Source of the DNA: Eledone cirrhosa
Taxonomy: Eukaryota
Direction: 5' to 3'
NCBI GenBank assembly: GCA_964016885.1
Contig: OZ024742.1
Span: forward strand, 225,680,001 to 225,744,000
Length of the DNA stretch: 64,000 bases
Shown piece by piece: positions 41,496 through 54,060 of the stretch. Position 1 is the first letter of the stretch. Each line of letters starts with the position of its first letter. The position numbers and the translations under genes are program-made. The notes below the pieces were generated by a model. The model was not told the origin of the DNA and searched no databases. It saw nothing but the letters and a program-made list of their open reading frames with translations.

Positions 41496-42579
41496 TTAAA
41501 ACTATATCTAGGAAAAGAGCTGACCATTAGATTGAACCAAAGCATCTAATCTAATGGTCAGTTATGTTTCTACTGATCTTTTCATACTATTTGTATCTGG
41601 CAGGAGGTGGGATTTTAAGTCAGAATTCACAGAGCCAGATCACATCTCATTCACCTCTTTAACACTTTTGCCAATCCACTGTCCAAGAATCACGAAAAGA
41701 TGAAAGACAAAGTTGATCTCGGTGGGATTTGAACTCAGAAAGCAGTGAGCAGGAACAAATACCAAAGAATTTAATCCAACATTCGATGCTCTAATGACTC
41801 TGCCAATTCATCATCTATAAGTACTGAACTCAATCTATGACCATGTACACACCTGCTAATTATCTTCTCTTGATATTTATCTGTAAAGAGCATGTTACCA
41901 AATAACTTATCACTGTGGAGAATACAGTGTCCCAATATGAAGGAAGAAAAGTAATATATATATATATATAAATATATAAATCAGGATGGATTCAATTTCA
42001 AACTGGTTAGACCATTACTCAACAGAGTACTTGATATTTGGAGTAGTAGAGTATGGTTATACTATAAAGATTTGGGACCTGATGACTGAGTTCTTGCTGT
42101 TTCAACAGTCTGGAATTAGCTGCTGAAACGGCAAGAGCTCAGCTGCCAGGTCCCAACTCTTTATAATATATATATATATATGAAGTAGTGCTGATGTTAT
42201 GATAAAATGCACTTAGCCCAACCTGTAAAATGGTTGTACCAGTATCACAATAAAAAGAAAGCATCCAGCCCACTCTGTGAGGTTGTAGTGCTGGTGCCAT
42301 GATGAAAAGCACTCAGCCCTCCCTGTAGGGTGGCAGTACTAGTGCCATGATGAAAAGCACCTAGCCCACCTTGTAACGTGGTTGGTGTTAGGAAGGCTAT
42401 CAAACTGTAGAAACTATGCTTCCAGTATGCATTGTAAAGTGGTTGATAAAAGAAGGAAGTCCAGCCATAGAAAACATGTTCTGAGTACACGCTGTAAAGT
42501 GGTTGGCATTAGGAAGGGTTCTAGGTAAGGGGGATATCAAGGGCAAAGGCAGTTATTGTGTGACATTAAATTTAGTTTT

Positions 42580-43183
42580 AACCTTTTCGTTACCATATTT
42601 TTAATGAAAAACATTGCCCATAATTTTCAAATCATTTTGAAAATAGTCAGGAAGTTTGAAGTATTTAGTAAAATAACTTGCTTTAAGTTCGTATTTGGAG
42701 CATAACAAAATTTTCTTACATAAAATCATAATGGAATGTGTTTAGATAAATATAAACACTTTAAAATAAACAGTTTTGTATCAGAGAATCATTGTAGGTT
42801 CAGGTGGTTTGGTATAAGAAGAGTTAAACATTTGCACTTTATAATTATAGTTAGGCACAAATTGCTGGCCTTGGGCCTAAATTAGAAATCACTGTTATAG
42901 ATGATGGTGTAAAAGGAGTGTTTCCATCTCTATGTTTCTAGCGAATAAACAAAGGTGGAAGATTTTGTAGCGAAAAAGAAACACTTTTGTTACCATATTT
43001 CTAAAGAAATATATGAAATATCCTGCCAATGATTTTCAATTAATTTGAGTTAACCTAATTTAAAAGGTTCTTACAAAAAATTATAACAAAAGGTTTAGAT
43101 TTAAACATGAACACTTTAAAACAAATATTTTTTTTTACATAGAACCAAGGGCAGTTTCAGATAAGTTGGTATCAAAAGGGTTA
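42580..43183. mobile_element. Two copies of a second TTAA-flanked AT-rich MITE family
   Basis: ttaaccttttcgttaccatattt...ggtatcaaaagggttaa. Relatives at about 1343-1595, 28245-28605 and 48590-49420. Confidence 0.6.
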
Positions 43184-43999
43184 ATATCATAATTGTTTCT
43201 ACTTTTGGTACAAGGCCTGCAATTATCCCAGTGCATTACTGGTGCTTTATTTTGTCAACCCTGTAAGGATGAAAGGCAAAGCTAACCTCAGCGGGATTTG
43301 AATTCAGAACGTAAAGGGTCATAACTCTATGCTGCAAAGCATGGTGTCTGACACTTTACTGATACTGCCAATCCACCGCCCTTAATATCATAATGGTATT
43401 CTCCAAGGAATCTACCTTCAATTATTATTATGTAAAGTCGGTTACGGTATCAAAACTAATAATCCAACCCATGTTTGGAACTAGCAGCACCAGAAAATTG
43501 GTAGTGTACCTGAAGTAAAAAGCTCTTGGCATTAACATTTTACAATAACATTTTAACAGCCAAGAATTTTTACCATATATGTTTTTGAAAATATACAGTT
43601 CTGATATTGTTTCAAATATACAGGTTGGGAGATAATTACAAAATAAGGCCCAGAGAGATTCACATCTCACTGGTACCAATTTAGTTTTAATTAGTTGATT
43701 AATTATGAATAATGATCACAGCAGCTAAATTGTGGAAGATAGTAAGAGATATATTTCTCTGAGTCGATCAATATGATGACACCTCATGTTTTTGAGTCAT
43801 TAGTTTTGAATTGGTGACGATATATTTGGAATAACTTGTGTGTAATATCTCTTATCCCAAGCACGGAATATTCTGGAATAGAAAAACAGAACACATATAA
43901 TATGGTGGAAGACATTAACAAACATATTGAAATAATACAGAGGTCTTTTTTAGTGAAATTACAGACACTTATATTATTCTGTTTAATTACACAGAGAAG

Positions 44000-44485
44000 G
44001 CTGGTGTCTGGTGTTTAGGCTGGTATCTAGAGAGAGGTGTTTAGGCTGGTGTCTGGTAAGAGGTGTTTAGGCTGGTGTCTGGTGGGAGGTGTTTAGGGTG
44101 GCGTCTGGTGGGAGGTGTTTAGACTGGTATCTAGAGTGAGGTGTTTAAGCTGGTGTCTGGTGGGAGGTGCTTAGGGTGGTGTCTGGTGGAGGTGTTTAGG
44201 CTGGTGTCTGGTGGAGGTGTTTAGGCTGGTATCTAGAGAGAGGTGTTTAAGCTGGTGTCTGGTAAGAGGTGTTTAGGATGGTGTCTGGTGGGAGGTGTTT
44301 AGGGTGGTGTCTGGTAAGAGGTGTTTAGGGTGGTGTTTGGTGGGAGGTGTTTAGGCTGGTGACTGGTGGGAGGTGTTTAGGCTGGTGTCTGGAGAGGTGT
44401 TTTGGCTGGTGCTTGGTGGGAGGTGTTTAGGCTGGTGTATCATGGGGGTGTTTAAGTTGAAAACCGGTGGGAGGTGTTTAGGATA
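44000..44485. repeat. 26-bp G/T-rich minisatellite, about 18 units (gaggtgtttaggctggtgtctggtgg)
   Basis: ttagg at 44041, 44067 and 44093 gives a period of 26. Confidence 0.95.
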
Positions 44486-44639
44486 TTGTCCAGTAGGAGG
44501 CATCTAGATAGTTCTACTATATTGCTGTATAGTACATGTTTAGATAGTTGTCTGGTGGGAGGTGCTCATATTACTACCTGGCATGTAAATGTGACAAGTC
44601 TGCAAGTGTTCTTAACTCTTAACATTGTGTACCACATCA

Positions 44640-45210
44640 AACCGCATTAGCAAGACAATCTTGAAAATATAAAACAGCACAATGACGATATCACATTCAA
44701 AATTAAAGTTTTTAATCTAACACTGAAAAATTTCACACTGAAATACACTATAAACATTTAAATTAACAAATCACATGAAACCACACTAGCAAGACATTCT
44801 TCAAAAGTATAAAACAGCACTATGCATTATTTTAAAGATTAGAGTCATTACTCTAATGCTGTAAATTTTCACAACAGCCTTTCCAGTAGTAAAGATACTA
44901 TAAACATTTGAATTAACAAACTATGTTAGCAAGGCATTCTTCAAAAGTACAAAAACAGCACTATGACTCATCACATTAAAAATTAAAGTATTCAATTTAG
45001 TTACTGCAAATTTTCACAATAATCTGTCCACTAGTAAAGATATTATAAACATATGAGTTAACAAAACACATGAAACCACTCTTGAAAAGTACAAAACTGC
45101 ACTATGACTACATCACATTTATAACTGAATTATTTTTCTAATACTGCCAAATTTCACAATGATCTATCTACTAGTAAAGATATAATAAACATTTAAATTA
45201 ACAAAGCTAT
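44640..45210. repeat. Degenerate tandem repeat of about 140-150 bp, about 4 copies
   Basis: aaaagtacaaaacagcactatga...aaattttcacaa...gatactataaacatttaaattaacaaa recurs. Confidence 0.8.
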
Positions 45211-45326
45211 TTTTTAAAGATATTTTCTACGAAACCATTGCTGGATATGTTAAAATTTAAAGACCAACACCAAACTGGAAACTGAAATATTAGTAGTGTA
45301 AGACAGCAAATGTAATAAAAACTTAC

Positions 45327-45470
45327 CAACCCTGAGATGTAGGAAGACTAAGTATAACGAAAGACTGAGAAATATCATCTTGCCAGTACCATGTCTAAAA
45401 TATGGAGACAGGGACTGGAAGAAGGTTTTCATTCTTTCCATAAGAGACAGCAACATATTTTGATCCTCTT
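45327..45470 (-). CDS. PEX26: PEX26-like exon 4 with C-terminal hydrophobic anchor (EEDQNMLLSLMERMKTFFQSLSPYFRHGTGKMIFLSLSLYLVFLHLRV)
   Basis: atttcag acceptor, gtaagt donor, 144 nt with phases 1/1. The hydrophobic segment is preceded by basic residues, as expected for tail-anchored PEX26. Confidence 0.72.
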
Positions 45471-45639
45471 CTGAAATTCACATTGAAATAAACTGTATGT
45501 TAACAATTTATACATAACATATAGAAGATAGAAACACACTATCATAACATAGAAATAAACACACACACACACACACACACACATATCATCATCCTCATCC
45601 AGTTTTTGATTATGCAGGACACAATTAATCCTTAAGTAG

Positions 45640-45988
45640 GAGTGGGTCCTGCCTGACAGCGCTCCTCAGCATTCTGCTCCATGTGTTTTTGTCCGCCGGT
45701 CTCACTTAAGCCAGGCCAAGACTAGCTTGATCCTGACAAATCCTCCACCCAAGTCATTTTTGGTCTTCCTGGGCCTCTTCTGCCTCCTCTATCAACAGTC
45801 ATGACTTTGCTGATCCAGCCCTCACTGCGCTCAACATGGCCATACAAGCACACGCATCTCGTGTGAAAGACATCCTCAAGGTTGTCAATCAGCAGTCTTT
45901 TCAGGAGCTCAGTTGAGCTGACATCATCCTCAGTGATCACACCACACATCCACCGGATCATAGCTCTATCATTTCTTCTGAGTCGATT
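45640..45988 (-). mobile_element. RTE LINE 3' fragment, third subfamily
   Basis: RLRRNDRAMIRWMCGV...LYGHVERSEGW...GRPKMTW. Confidence 0.75.
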
Positions 45989-46007
45989 CATATATATATA
46001 TATACAT

Positions 46008-46410
46008 ATCATCATCATTTTACGTCCGCTTTCCCCTGCTTGCAACGGTGGGACGGATCTTATTCAGCACAGCATCTCTCCACTTGTCACGGTCCTTCAT
46101 CATCTCCACCGTGAGCTTCAGCGATCTGAGGTCTGTTCTCACCACCTCCGTCCATGTTTTTCGTGGTCTACCTCTACCATGTCTTCCTTCAACTGGCATT
46201 TCCTGGCACTTCTTCACCCATCGGTCATCCTCCATGCGCATCACATGTCCATACCACCGCAGTCTTCTCTCTCGCACACTACATTCTATCCCTCTCAACA
46301 TACACATGCTGGATTGAGCATGCTTGCCTTATTTCTCTCCAGCCGTCGCATATCTTCTGCAGTTGCTGTCCATGTCTCACTACCATGCAGCATCGCGCTC
46401 CTCACACAGG
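46008..46410 (-). mobile_element. RTE LINE 3' fragment, second subfamily
   Basis: RERRLRWYGHVMRMEDDRWVKKC...GRGRPRKTW, followed by a short 3' UTR ending ggacgtaaaatgatgatg. Confidence 0.85.
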
Positions 46411-47231
46411 CATCATCATCATCATCATCATCGTTTAACGTCCATCTTCCACGCTTGCATGGGTTTGGACGGGAATTTTCCCACTTGAGGCAAGATTGGT
46501 TGTCTTGCTCGTATAGGACTGTCTGGCGGGTTTTCTACAGCTGGATGCCCTTCCTAACACCAACCACGTTTACAGTGTGGACTGGGAGGTTTTTACCGTG
46601 TTACCTACACGGCCACATTACAGCGTGGACTGTGTGTTTTTTTGTCGTGACACCTACACGACCTCATTTGTTTCGGACTGGATGTTGTGGTACCAACATA
46701 ACTTTACATTGAAAGGGGTGGTGTGGATGAGATGGGGGTAGTGGGACAGGGTGTATTTTTGTTAGAGGTGCCTACTGACTGTAAGTTTCACTTTGTACTT
46801 AGGCAAGGTGGGTCTTCTGTATTACTGTGTAGCGCCAAAGATCTCGGTCCAGTGACATTGTCTTGGAGAGATGTAAGTGTGTGAGGTCGGAATTTATTAA
46901 GTCGTCCCAGGTTTTTCTGGGTCTGCCTACTCCGTGGCTACCGTCTATTTTTATTGCCCTGCACTTTTTTATACAGCTGTCGTCTTTCATGTGCATCACG
47001 TGACCGTACCAACGTAGTCTTCTCTCGAGTAAACAACATCTGATCCCTCTTATTCCTAATTTCTCCCTTAGTTCGTTTATGCTTTGCCGTTCACGTATAT
47101 TACTATTACACATCCAGCGGAGCATGCAAGCTTCGTTCCTCTCCAGTCTGCGTATATCCTCTGCACACAATGCCCAGGTCTCACTGCCATGTAACATTGT
47201 TGTTCGTATGCAGGCATCATACAGCCTGCAT
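46411..47231 (-). mobile_element. RTE LINE 3' fragment, same family as 54061-56565
   Basis: 132-aa C-terminus nearly identical to the 680-aa ORF, with the same 3' UTR and (cat)n tail. Confidence 0.92.
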
Positions 47232-47526
47232 CATATATATATATATTTTTTTTGTTATGACCATGCTGTAAAATGGAGGGGTAGAGAGGGCCCATGAGTC
47301 CAGTAAGACATCCTCTCTAGTGCTGGTGGCACGAATAAAAGCACCCAGTCCATGCTGTAAAGTGGCACTGGTGTTAGGAAGGGCATCCAACCAGAGTATC
47401 AATGCCAAAACAATTATAAGCACAGCAACAAATATATAGGAACATATATATATATATATATATATACACTTATACATGTGTACATATATATGTACATTTA
47501 TATACGTGTACATATATATACACACA

Positions 47527-47692
47527 CAAGGGTTAGCTGAAAAGTTCATAGGCTGACTGCAAAGAAGTGATGTTAGAGAGGTGAAATCTTGCATGCATTA
47601 AATTCAACTTTTCTTATGTTGAAAAATAAACCTCATTTGGTCATTCCATGAGAGTATCTTGGTCAGCCTATGAAGTTTTCAGCCGACCCTCA
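47527..47692. mobile_element. Mariner-type MITE
   Basis: About 30-bp TIRs: agggttagctgaaaagttcataggctgac / gtcagcctatgaagttttcagccgaccct. Confidence 0.8.
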
Positions 47693-47890
47693 TATACATA
47701 TATATGTGTATACACATATATGTGTATATATGTTGTGTCCGTCACACAACTGAAGAGTCATCACCACTACTAATTAAGTCATTGGTTAACTTACAATGGG
47801 AAGCTCAAAACTCTAATCACTAAGTCACATACCTTCACTACTAATTAGATCACCATTAGTAATTAAATCACCAAATATTAGATAACTTAC

Positions 47891-48186
47891 CTTTCTTTGT
47901 AGGCGTCTTTACACTATCACACTTCTCCATTTTATTGTCTTCAATTCTTTTGGTCTCTGCGACAAAATTCTGAATCTGTTTTTTTTCATCAGCATTCAAC
48001 CGGAGCAACTTTTCAATAAAATGAGAAATTTCCAGGTACTTCTTTTGGGGTAACAAGATATCCTCAATAACAATTTTTCCTACAGCAGTGTGCTGATCAT
48101 CGGTTAAGTTCTGAGGATTCTCAAGCCATAAACACGCCTGCTTTTGTGCCACTTCGTACTCTTTAACCCATGTTAAAAGCCCAATG
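47891..48186 (-). CDS. PEX26: PEX26-like exon 3 (IGLLTWVKEYEVAQKQACLWLENPQNLTDDQHTAVGKIVIEDILLPQKKYLE...)
   Basis: ttttcag acceptor, gtaagt donor, 296 nt open, phases 2/1. Resembles [29 protein letters not shown]. Confidence 0.85.
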
Positions 48187-49926
48187 CTGAAAATATATAA
48201 ATCATGTGTTACAAAAATGTTATTTAAGTGCAAACGTTTGACCTTTTTATAACCATACTTTTAACCCTTTTAATACAAAACCAGTTAAAACTATTCCTAG
48301 TTCTACAATACAAAACTGTTTATTTTAAGGTATTTATATCTAAAAATATTCTATCATACCTTTATGTAAAAACCTTAGCTAACCTTTTAGCATTTAAACT
48401 GGCTGTATCCAACCAGAATTATCTCACCTCTTTCTGTTCAAACCTGCCATAACTAGCCACTCATACTGATGTTATGGTATTGTTCTCAAATTAAATAATA
48501 TCAAAATCTCACAGATTCAATATTATGTGAGATAAAGCCTTTACTGCAAAAATACAATAGTATATAGAATGTAAATGTTAAAGGGTTAAGTTATGTTCCA
48601 AACACTAACTTAATAATGAGTAAGTTCATTATATTACTAAATCCCTTCAAATTCTTGATTATTTTCAAAATGATTTGGCAATTATAGACAGTCTTTCATA
48701 AGAAATATGTTAACAAAAGGGTTAATGAAATACATTGTCTATAAATGTTTCAATTAATTTTGAAAATAACTAAGAATTTGGAATTCATTATGAAGCTGGC
48801 GTTTGAGACATAACAAAATGGTCTTACATTAGATTATGATAGAATGCTTTAATATAACCATTTTGCTACCATATTTCTAATGTGCCACTCAATGTGTTGC
48901 ATTTAATTTTGAAAATGATAACGTTTTAGAGGAATTAAGTAACATAACATTCTAATTATTTAGCTTGGAACATAACCTAATCAAAGATTCTTATATAAAA
49001 TTATGATGGAAGGTTTTTATATAAATATGAACACTTTAACCCTTTAGCATTTAAACCGGCCATATCTGGCCAGAATTCTCTCACCTCATTCTGTTCAAAC
49101 TGGCCACTCATACTGATGTTACCACAAAAATAAAATAGTATATATAGAGTAATGTAAGCACTAAATAGTTAAAACAAACAGTTTTGTATTGAAGAACAAG
49201 GGCTAGCTCCAGGCTATTTGGTATCATAATCCTTAACCCTTTCATTACCATATTTCTAATGAAAGACAGTGCTTATGGCTTTCAAATAATTTTGAAAATA
49301 AAATTTAAAATTGAGGTATTTAGTAATATAACTAAAGTTCTCATTATTAAGCTTCTGTTTGGAACATAACTTAAATATTCATACATAAAATTATAATGTA
49401 ATGGAAGGTTTTCAGACTAATGAAGAGGCACCAATGCTAAAACTTCAAAGTCACTGTCACCTTTCTCGTCAGAAAATAAACCTTACTATACTCTGCTCAC
49501 ATGTATTAAATGCTCAGTCATGTAAGGTTGAAAGATTCTATGTACACTAGTACACAAAACCTTTCTTTGCATATCTACTTTAGAATAGGTACACTATATG
49601 CCTGCATGTTATAAGGGACTAAAAGGGTTAGTGTCAGGAATGGCATCCAGCTGTAAAACATTACTTCAAAAATTCCTGTAACCCATGTCAGCAGTAAAGA
49701 TGATGATGATGATATACTCTTGCCAGCAGGGAAAACAGATGTTAAAATGTTGACACTGATGACAAGTTTCCTTAGTTTCTATTGACCAAATTTAATCACA
49801 AGGCTTTGGTCAACCCAGGGTTATAGTAAGTTGTGGTCAAGTGCTTAAGATGATGATGAATTTGCCCAAGCAGTCACTGAGTGTGACTGAATCCTAAACC
49901 CCATCACATGATTCTGGCTGACTTAC

Positions 49927-50061
49927 CAAAGTTTTATCACTGTAGGTGGACACTGGCCGACATTGCCATAGACTTTGTCAATAAATGGAAGAACCTCCCG
50001 CCATTTATTCTGTTCACCATATGCCTGTACTGCTAGGATTACAAAACTTTCAAAACAATTT
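49927..50061 (-). CDS. PEX26: PEX26-like exon 2 (NCFESFVILAVQAYGEQNKWREVLPFIDKVYGNVGQCPPTVIKLC)
   Basis: tttcag acceptor, gtaagt donor, 135 nt with phases 2/2. Matches the PEX26 motif IQALAEMDRWQEVL...YQVPEKLPPKVLELC. Not in the ORF track. Confidence 0.85.
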
Positions 50062-50209
50062 CTGAAATAAAGCAAAAATTAGATAAATTAAAATAACTTA
50101 TTCAAAAAATGTATACATGTTTATATATATTATTTCTTCTTTTCAGGCTGTTCTCTTACTGCTTTACTAAACTCAGAGGACAGATCATAACTAATGACCT
50201 AGAAAATCT

Positions 50210-50415
50210 TGGTTACTTTCTCTTGGGGCTTATGTTTTCTAGCTGTTCCTCGGAGTATCGTTTTCTGGAGGAATACTATCTTTGCCTGGATCCCCAAATT
50301 TTCTATCCAATTTTCTAAGTTCTTGGTCACATAACCAAGAGCATCTATCACTATCGGTATGACCTCAAACTTTCTCATGTTCCATACTCTTTAGACTTCA
50401 ATTCTAAAGTCCTGG
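50210..50415 (-). mobile_element. R4/NeSL-like REL non-LTR 3' fragment
   Basis: The reverse strand reads RVWNMRKFEVIPIVIDALGYVTKNLENWI...LQKTILRGTARK. Confidence 0.5.
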
Positions 50416-50719
50416 TGAGACTGGCGCACAGAAACACACGGAGCAGGACGTTAAGGAGCGCTGTCAGACAGGACCCACCCCTACTTTACTTCTGTTTGCT
50501 AATTATCCAGTGATCTCTTAATGAAATTCACTATGTTGTTTGCAATTTGTGCCAGTTCTAAACTTTCTAAGATCCATATAACAACCTTTTTTGCAATCGC
50601 TCCATGCCACTCCCAAATTTCTGTTGCTTTTTATAGTCTTTAAACACCATTCTATCAATGAGGAGCTGATCCTTTATTCCACAGCTTTTCTTTCTGCACA
50701 TTTTGTTTCACATTGCAGT

Positions 50720-51110
50720 GAGACTAGGCATTCAGATGGAATAATCGGTTCCCCATGAAAGGGGAGAGATTAAATCACTAATCTAGGATGCCACATATTG
50801 CGATACATTCTCCAGTGCCAACCTCACCACTTCAGCCACAAACCCAGGTACTGCCACTCATCATGCAAAGGAGCAGAAAACAACAAAATACCACGATTTA
50901 ATTGACCACTTCCAATTTGTGTGAGTTACTATAAAGAACTCTGGTGTCCTTGGTCTCTGGACAGATGTTTTCCTAAGTAAAATTAAGAGGAACGCATCTT
51001 GCCAGAGAAAGGAGCTCCATGAAGTGGAATGGTTGATGCAGTAGATATCAGTGGCTGTTGTCCGTGACAATGCTTTCGTCATTTGTCCACGGGTCACAGC
51101 TGATATGTGC
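50720..51110 (+). mobile_element. Decayed CRE-like (restriction-endonuclease-type) non-LTR fragment
   Basis: Reads CDTF...KEQKTTKYHDL...SGVLG...EWLMQ*ISVAVVRDNAFVI, similar to the C-terminus of CRE-clade REL domains. Confidence 0.55.
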
Positions 51111-52720
51111 AGGCTGGCCAAAGGTGTAGAGTTTGTACCTTCTTTTTTTTATTTATAATTTATTTTTCTCCTATCCTCACCCCCATCGCTACATTTTTCT
51201 TCTTCTATTCCTGTATGTAAATATATACAATTGAGTATAAATAGTACAATAATAGTAAACAAACCACTAGAGAACGACTACAACCAACCTCTGACCTAGT
51301 TTACAAGTCACCGTTGACCCATTTATTTTTCCACTTTAATTTATTGAAATGAATGATATTTATAAACAAACTAATATTAATAAAACTAGTAGGATTAGGA
51401 ATTAATTTTGGTTTAAAATGTTATTTTGATCATTTTTATGACGCATTATAACAACACAACTTTATTAATTTGAAAATGTTCTCATTGTTAAAAGGTTTTA
51501 TATTTTTATATTTGAGAGTGATTTCGTAGTGTTGCTTTAGTAATGGCAAAGAAATGATTCATTTTAGACTTAATTGTACAAGACACACACAATGGGGAAG
51601 TCTGTAAAGAACACACACTCACTGGACCGTCACCGAATTTAGGTGCTTGGCAGGACTTCAGAACATTATGGTTGGCACCCTAATTCGTTTGGGAATTTTT
51701 GGGCCAGCTACTTTGGTTAACGCTTTGTTTGTTTTTAAATATTTTTGTTCTTTATTCCTGTTTTGAGAAGAAATGTTAGTTAATTCAAGACTTCAAGGAA
51801 CGTATTTCAAGGCAATTTAATAAACTTTAATTTTCTCAATGTGAGGATGAACCATTGAAAAGCAAAGAGCAGTGTTCCACCCCCACCTTCACGACGGGCC
51901 CGATACATACATACATAGACCATAGGGAAGTTCGTAAATAATAAATATACACACACTTATACATATATACATAAGACCTAAAAAGAACACACACATACAC
52001 TAGAACTTAATATATACTATGATACAATCAATTAGGTTATCATAGATCTCGAAACAAGGAAATAGAAACATTTCGCCCGACCCATCAAATTCATTTCATA
52101 CACTCAGCTCATATATGTTTGTGTGTGTATATATAAACAAACACACACACAAGTCAACGAAAGAACCCTAATTCTAACAAACTGTAACTAACTCCAACTC
52201 CAATGTACCCAGACCAACCCCAATTCTAACCCTTCTAACTCTAAAGTATGTATATACGCAATGGATCTGGTGAATCGAACGAGATATTTTCGCTTTCTTA
52301 ATTCGAGATCTTTTGTCAAGGATTCCTATAAATTATTTTCCATGATGAACAAATTCTGTAATTAGAAGCATTAGATAAATACATCTTATAATCGGCAGTC
52401 CAATAATATCAGTATGCCTCTTGTAAAATACATCAATATAATCGTTTGTTCTGTGATCCCGGAAGCAACATTCTACGATAACCCACTAGTTCCAAGTTCT
52501 AACTCACAAAAATTGCAAACAAAAAAAAAAAATGAAATAACATAATTCCAAATGTTTCAATCTTATGAGATTTAAGGTCTGCTCCATCAAGTCTGCCCTA
52601 GAGCTAAACAATAACAACTGAACGGTCAAATGATACATCAATATCAATCTTCTAATCAATTTGTTCTCACCTTATTTCAAATCATCAAATATTAAATGAA
52701 TAATCCGAAACATTCGTAAT

Positions 52721-52791
<71 letters not shown>

Positions 52792-53232
52792 AAGATGTGG
52801 GCAAGAGGCACTCCCGATTTATTACGACTTTTTAAAAACAAATATATGCAATTTTTTTAATGGATATTTTTATTTGAAATTTAAATAAATATATAACGTT
52901 ACGATATAAAATATCGTATTGTGAATGTATAGTTAATTCTAACATGTCATAATATTATGGACAAAAGTGTTATTTTATATCGTCGTTAGATGTAAGTGAA
53001 TTAATAAAGTTTTCTAGGCAATGCGACACATTTCCTAGTTTTCTGTTAAGTTTCGATATCGTATGTTTATTGTACGAAAACTTGTGTTGGGGCATTATTT
53101 ATAAGATAAACAATATAATAATAGTATCTATTTTACTTTTCATTTGTTTATATACATAGAGAGAGATGGATAGATAGATAATTTATCGATGAAAGTATTC
53201 TAATTGAATAAATAATCGAAGTTATTACGAAC

Positions 53233-53438
53233 CTATTATGAGAAAGACGGTTACATTTATCAAGTCCTGCAATACATGTTGTAAGGCATTCTGAAAACTC
53301 CCGCAGCATCAGGTAGACTTTAGCCTGATCTATCACATCTTTGCAATCGTTGTGAATTAAATAGCTGTCCACATTCTCTTCAGGTTCACTATCCGAACTA
53401 GTAAAGATGACATTACAATGCTTCACAACAGCTGTCAT
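53233..53438 (-). CDS. PEX26: PEX26-like peroxisome biogenesis protein, first coding exon
   Basis: ATG at 53438 and gttcgt donor, phase 2. VIDQAKVYLMLREFSECLTTC resembles [22 protein letters not shown] of PEX26. Confidence 0.75.
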
Positions 53439-54060
53439 TCTTTCTCACATGCTTTACGGTGAATGACAAGATTAATTCCCCCAGCAAATAACAGCTTGAA
53501 ATTATAATTCGGAAGTACAAATAGAATCATAATTCTGTGATAGACCTCTGTTGGTTTCAGCAATGAGGCTTCCAAACAGTTTCCGATTACCCAGTTTTCG
53601 CCACAAGGTATGGGTTAGCATGAGGCTATCGTAAACGACATTGCCCAAGATGTTGCGCAGTGAGATCGATCCTGAGATCAAATGATTACGAAGCGAACTT
53701 CAACCATGCTGCAGTAGCTTTTAACATAAACACAAAACTCATGTATTGGGGTAGTTGGACTGCTGGCTGCGAGGTTCTTGTTTTCACTGGCGGCTCGCCT
53801 AACCCAGGTAACTGGTGATGCTCGTAAAGGCGCTTGGCTGTCCAGCGCATCAGCCTCGCCATCACCCGGGGTTACGCTGCGAACGTGCTGGCTTGCCTAA
53901 GAAATTATTAGAGAGGTTTTCCAGTACTCCTCGCGGTATCGTTATTTTTTGTTCTGGCAACGGTTCGTTTGTACACTGCCTTATGTTGTATGTGGTCCTA
54001 GGTGTGTGTATAACCTGCTTGTGTTTTTTCTTTCTTTTTTCCTATATATATATATATATA

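Noticed and set aside
42079-42130. Hammerhead ribozyme or C/D snoRNA suggested by CTGATGA...GAAAC
   Set aside because: Both motifs are buried in one continuous hairpin. CTGATGA is absent from the sister copy at 62591-62716, and no three-way junction is evident.
45882-46712. 276-aa plus-strand ORF
   Set aside because: It is antisense read-through across three adjacent RTE fragments and microsatellites.
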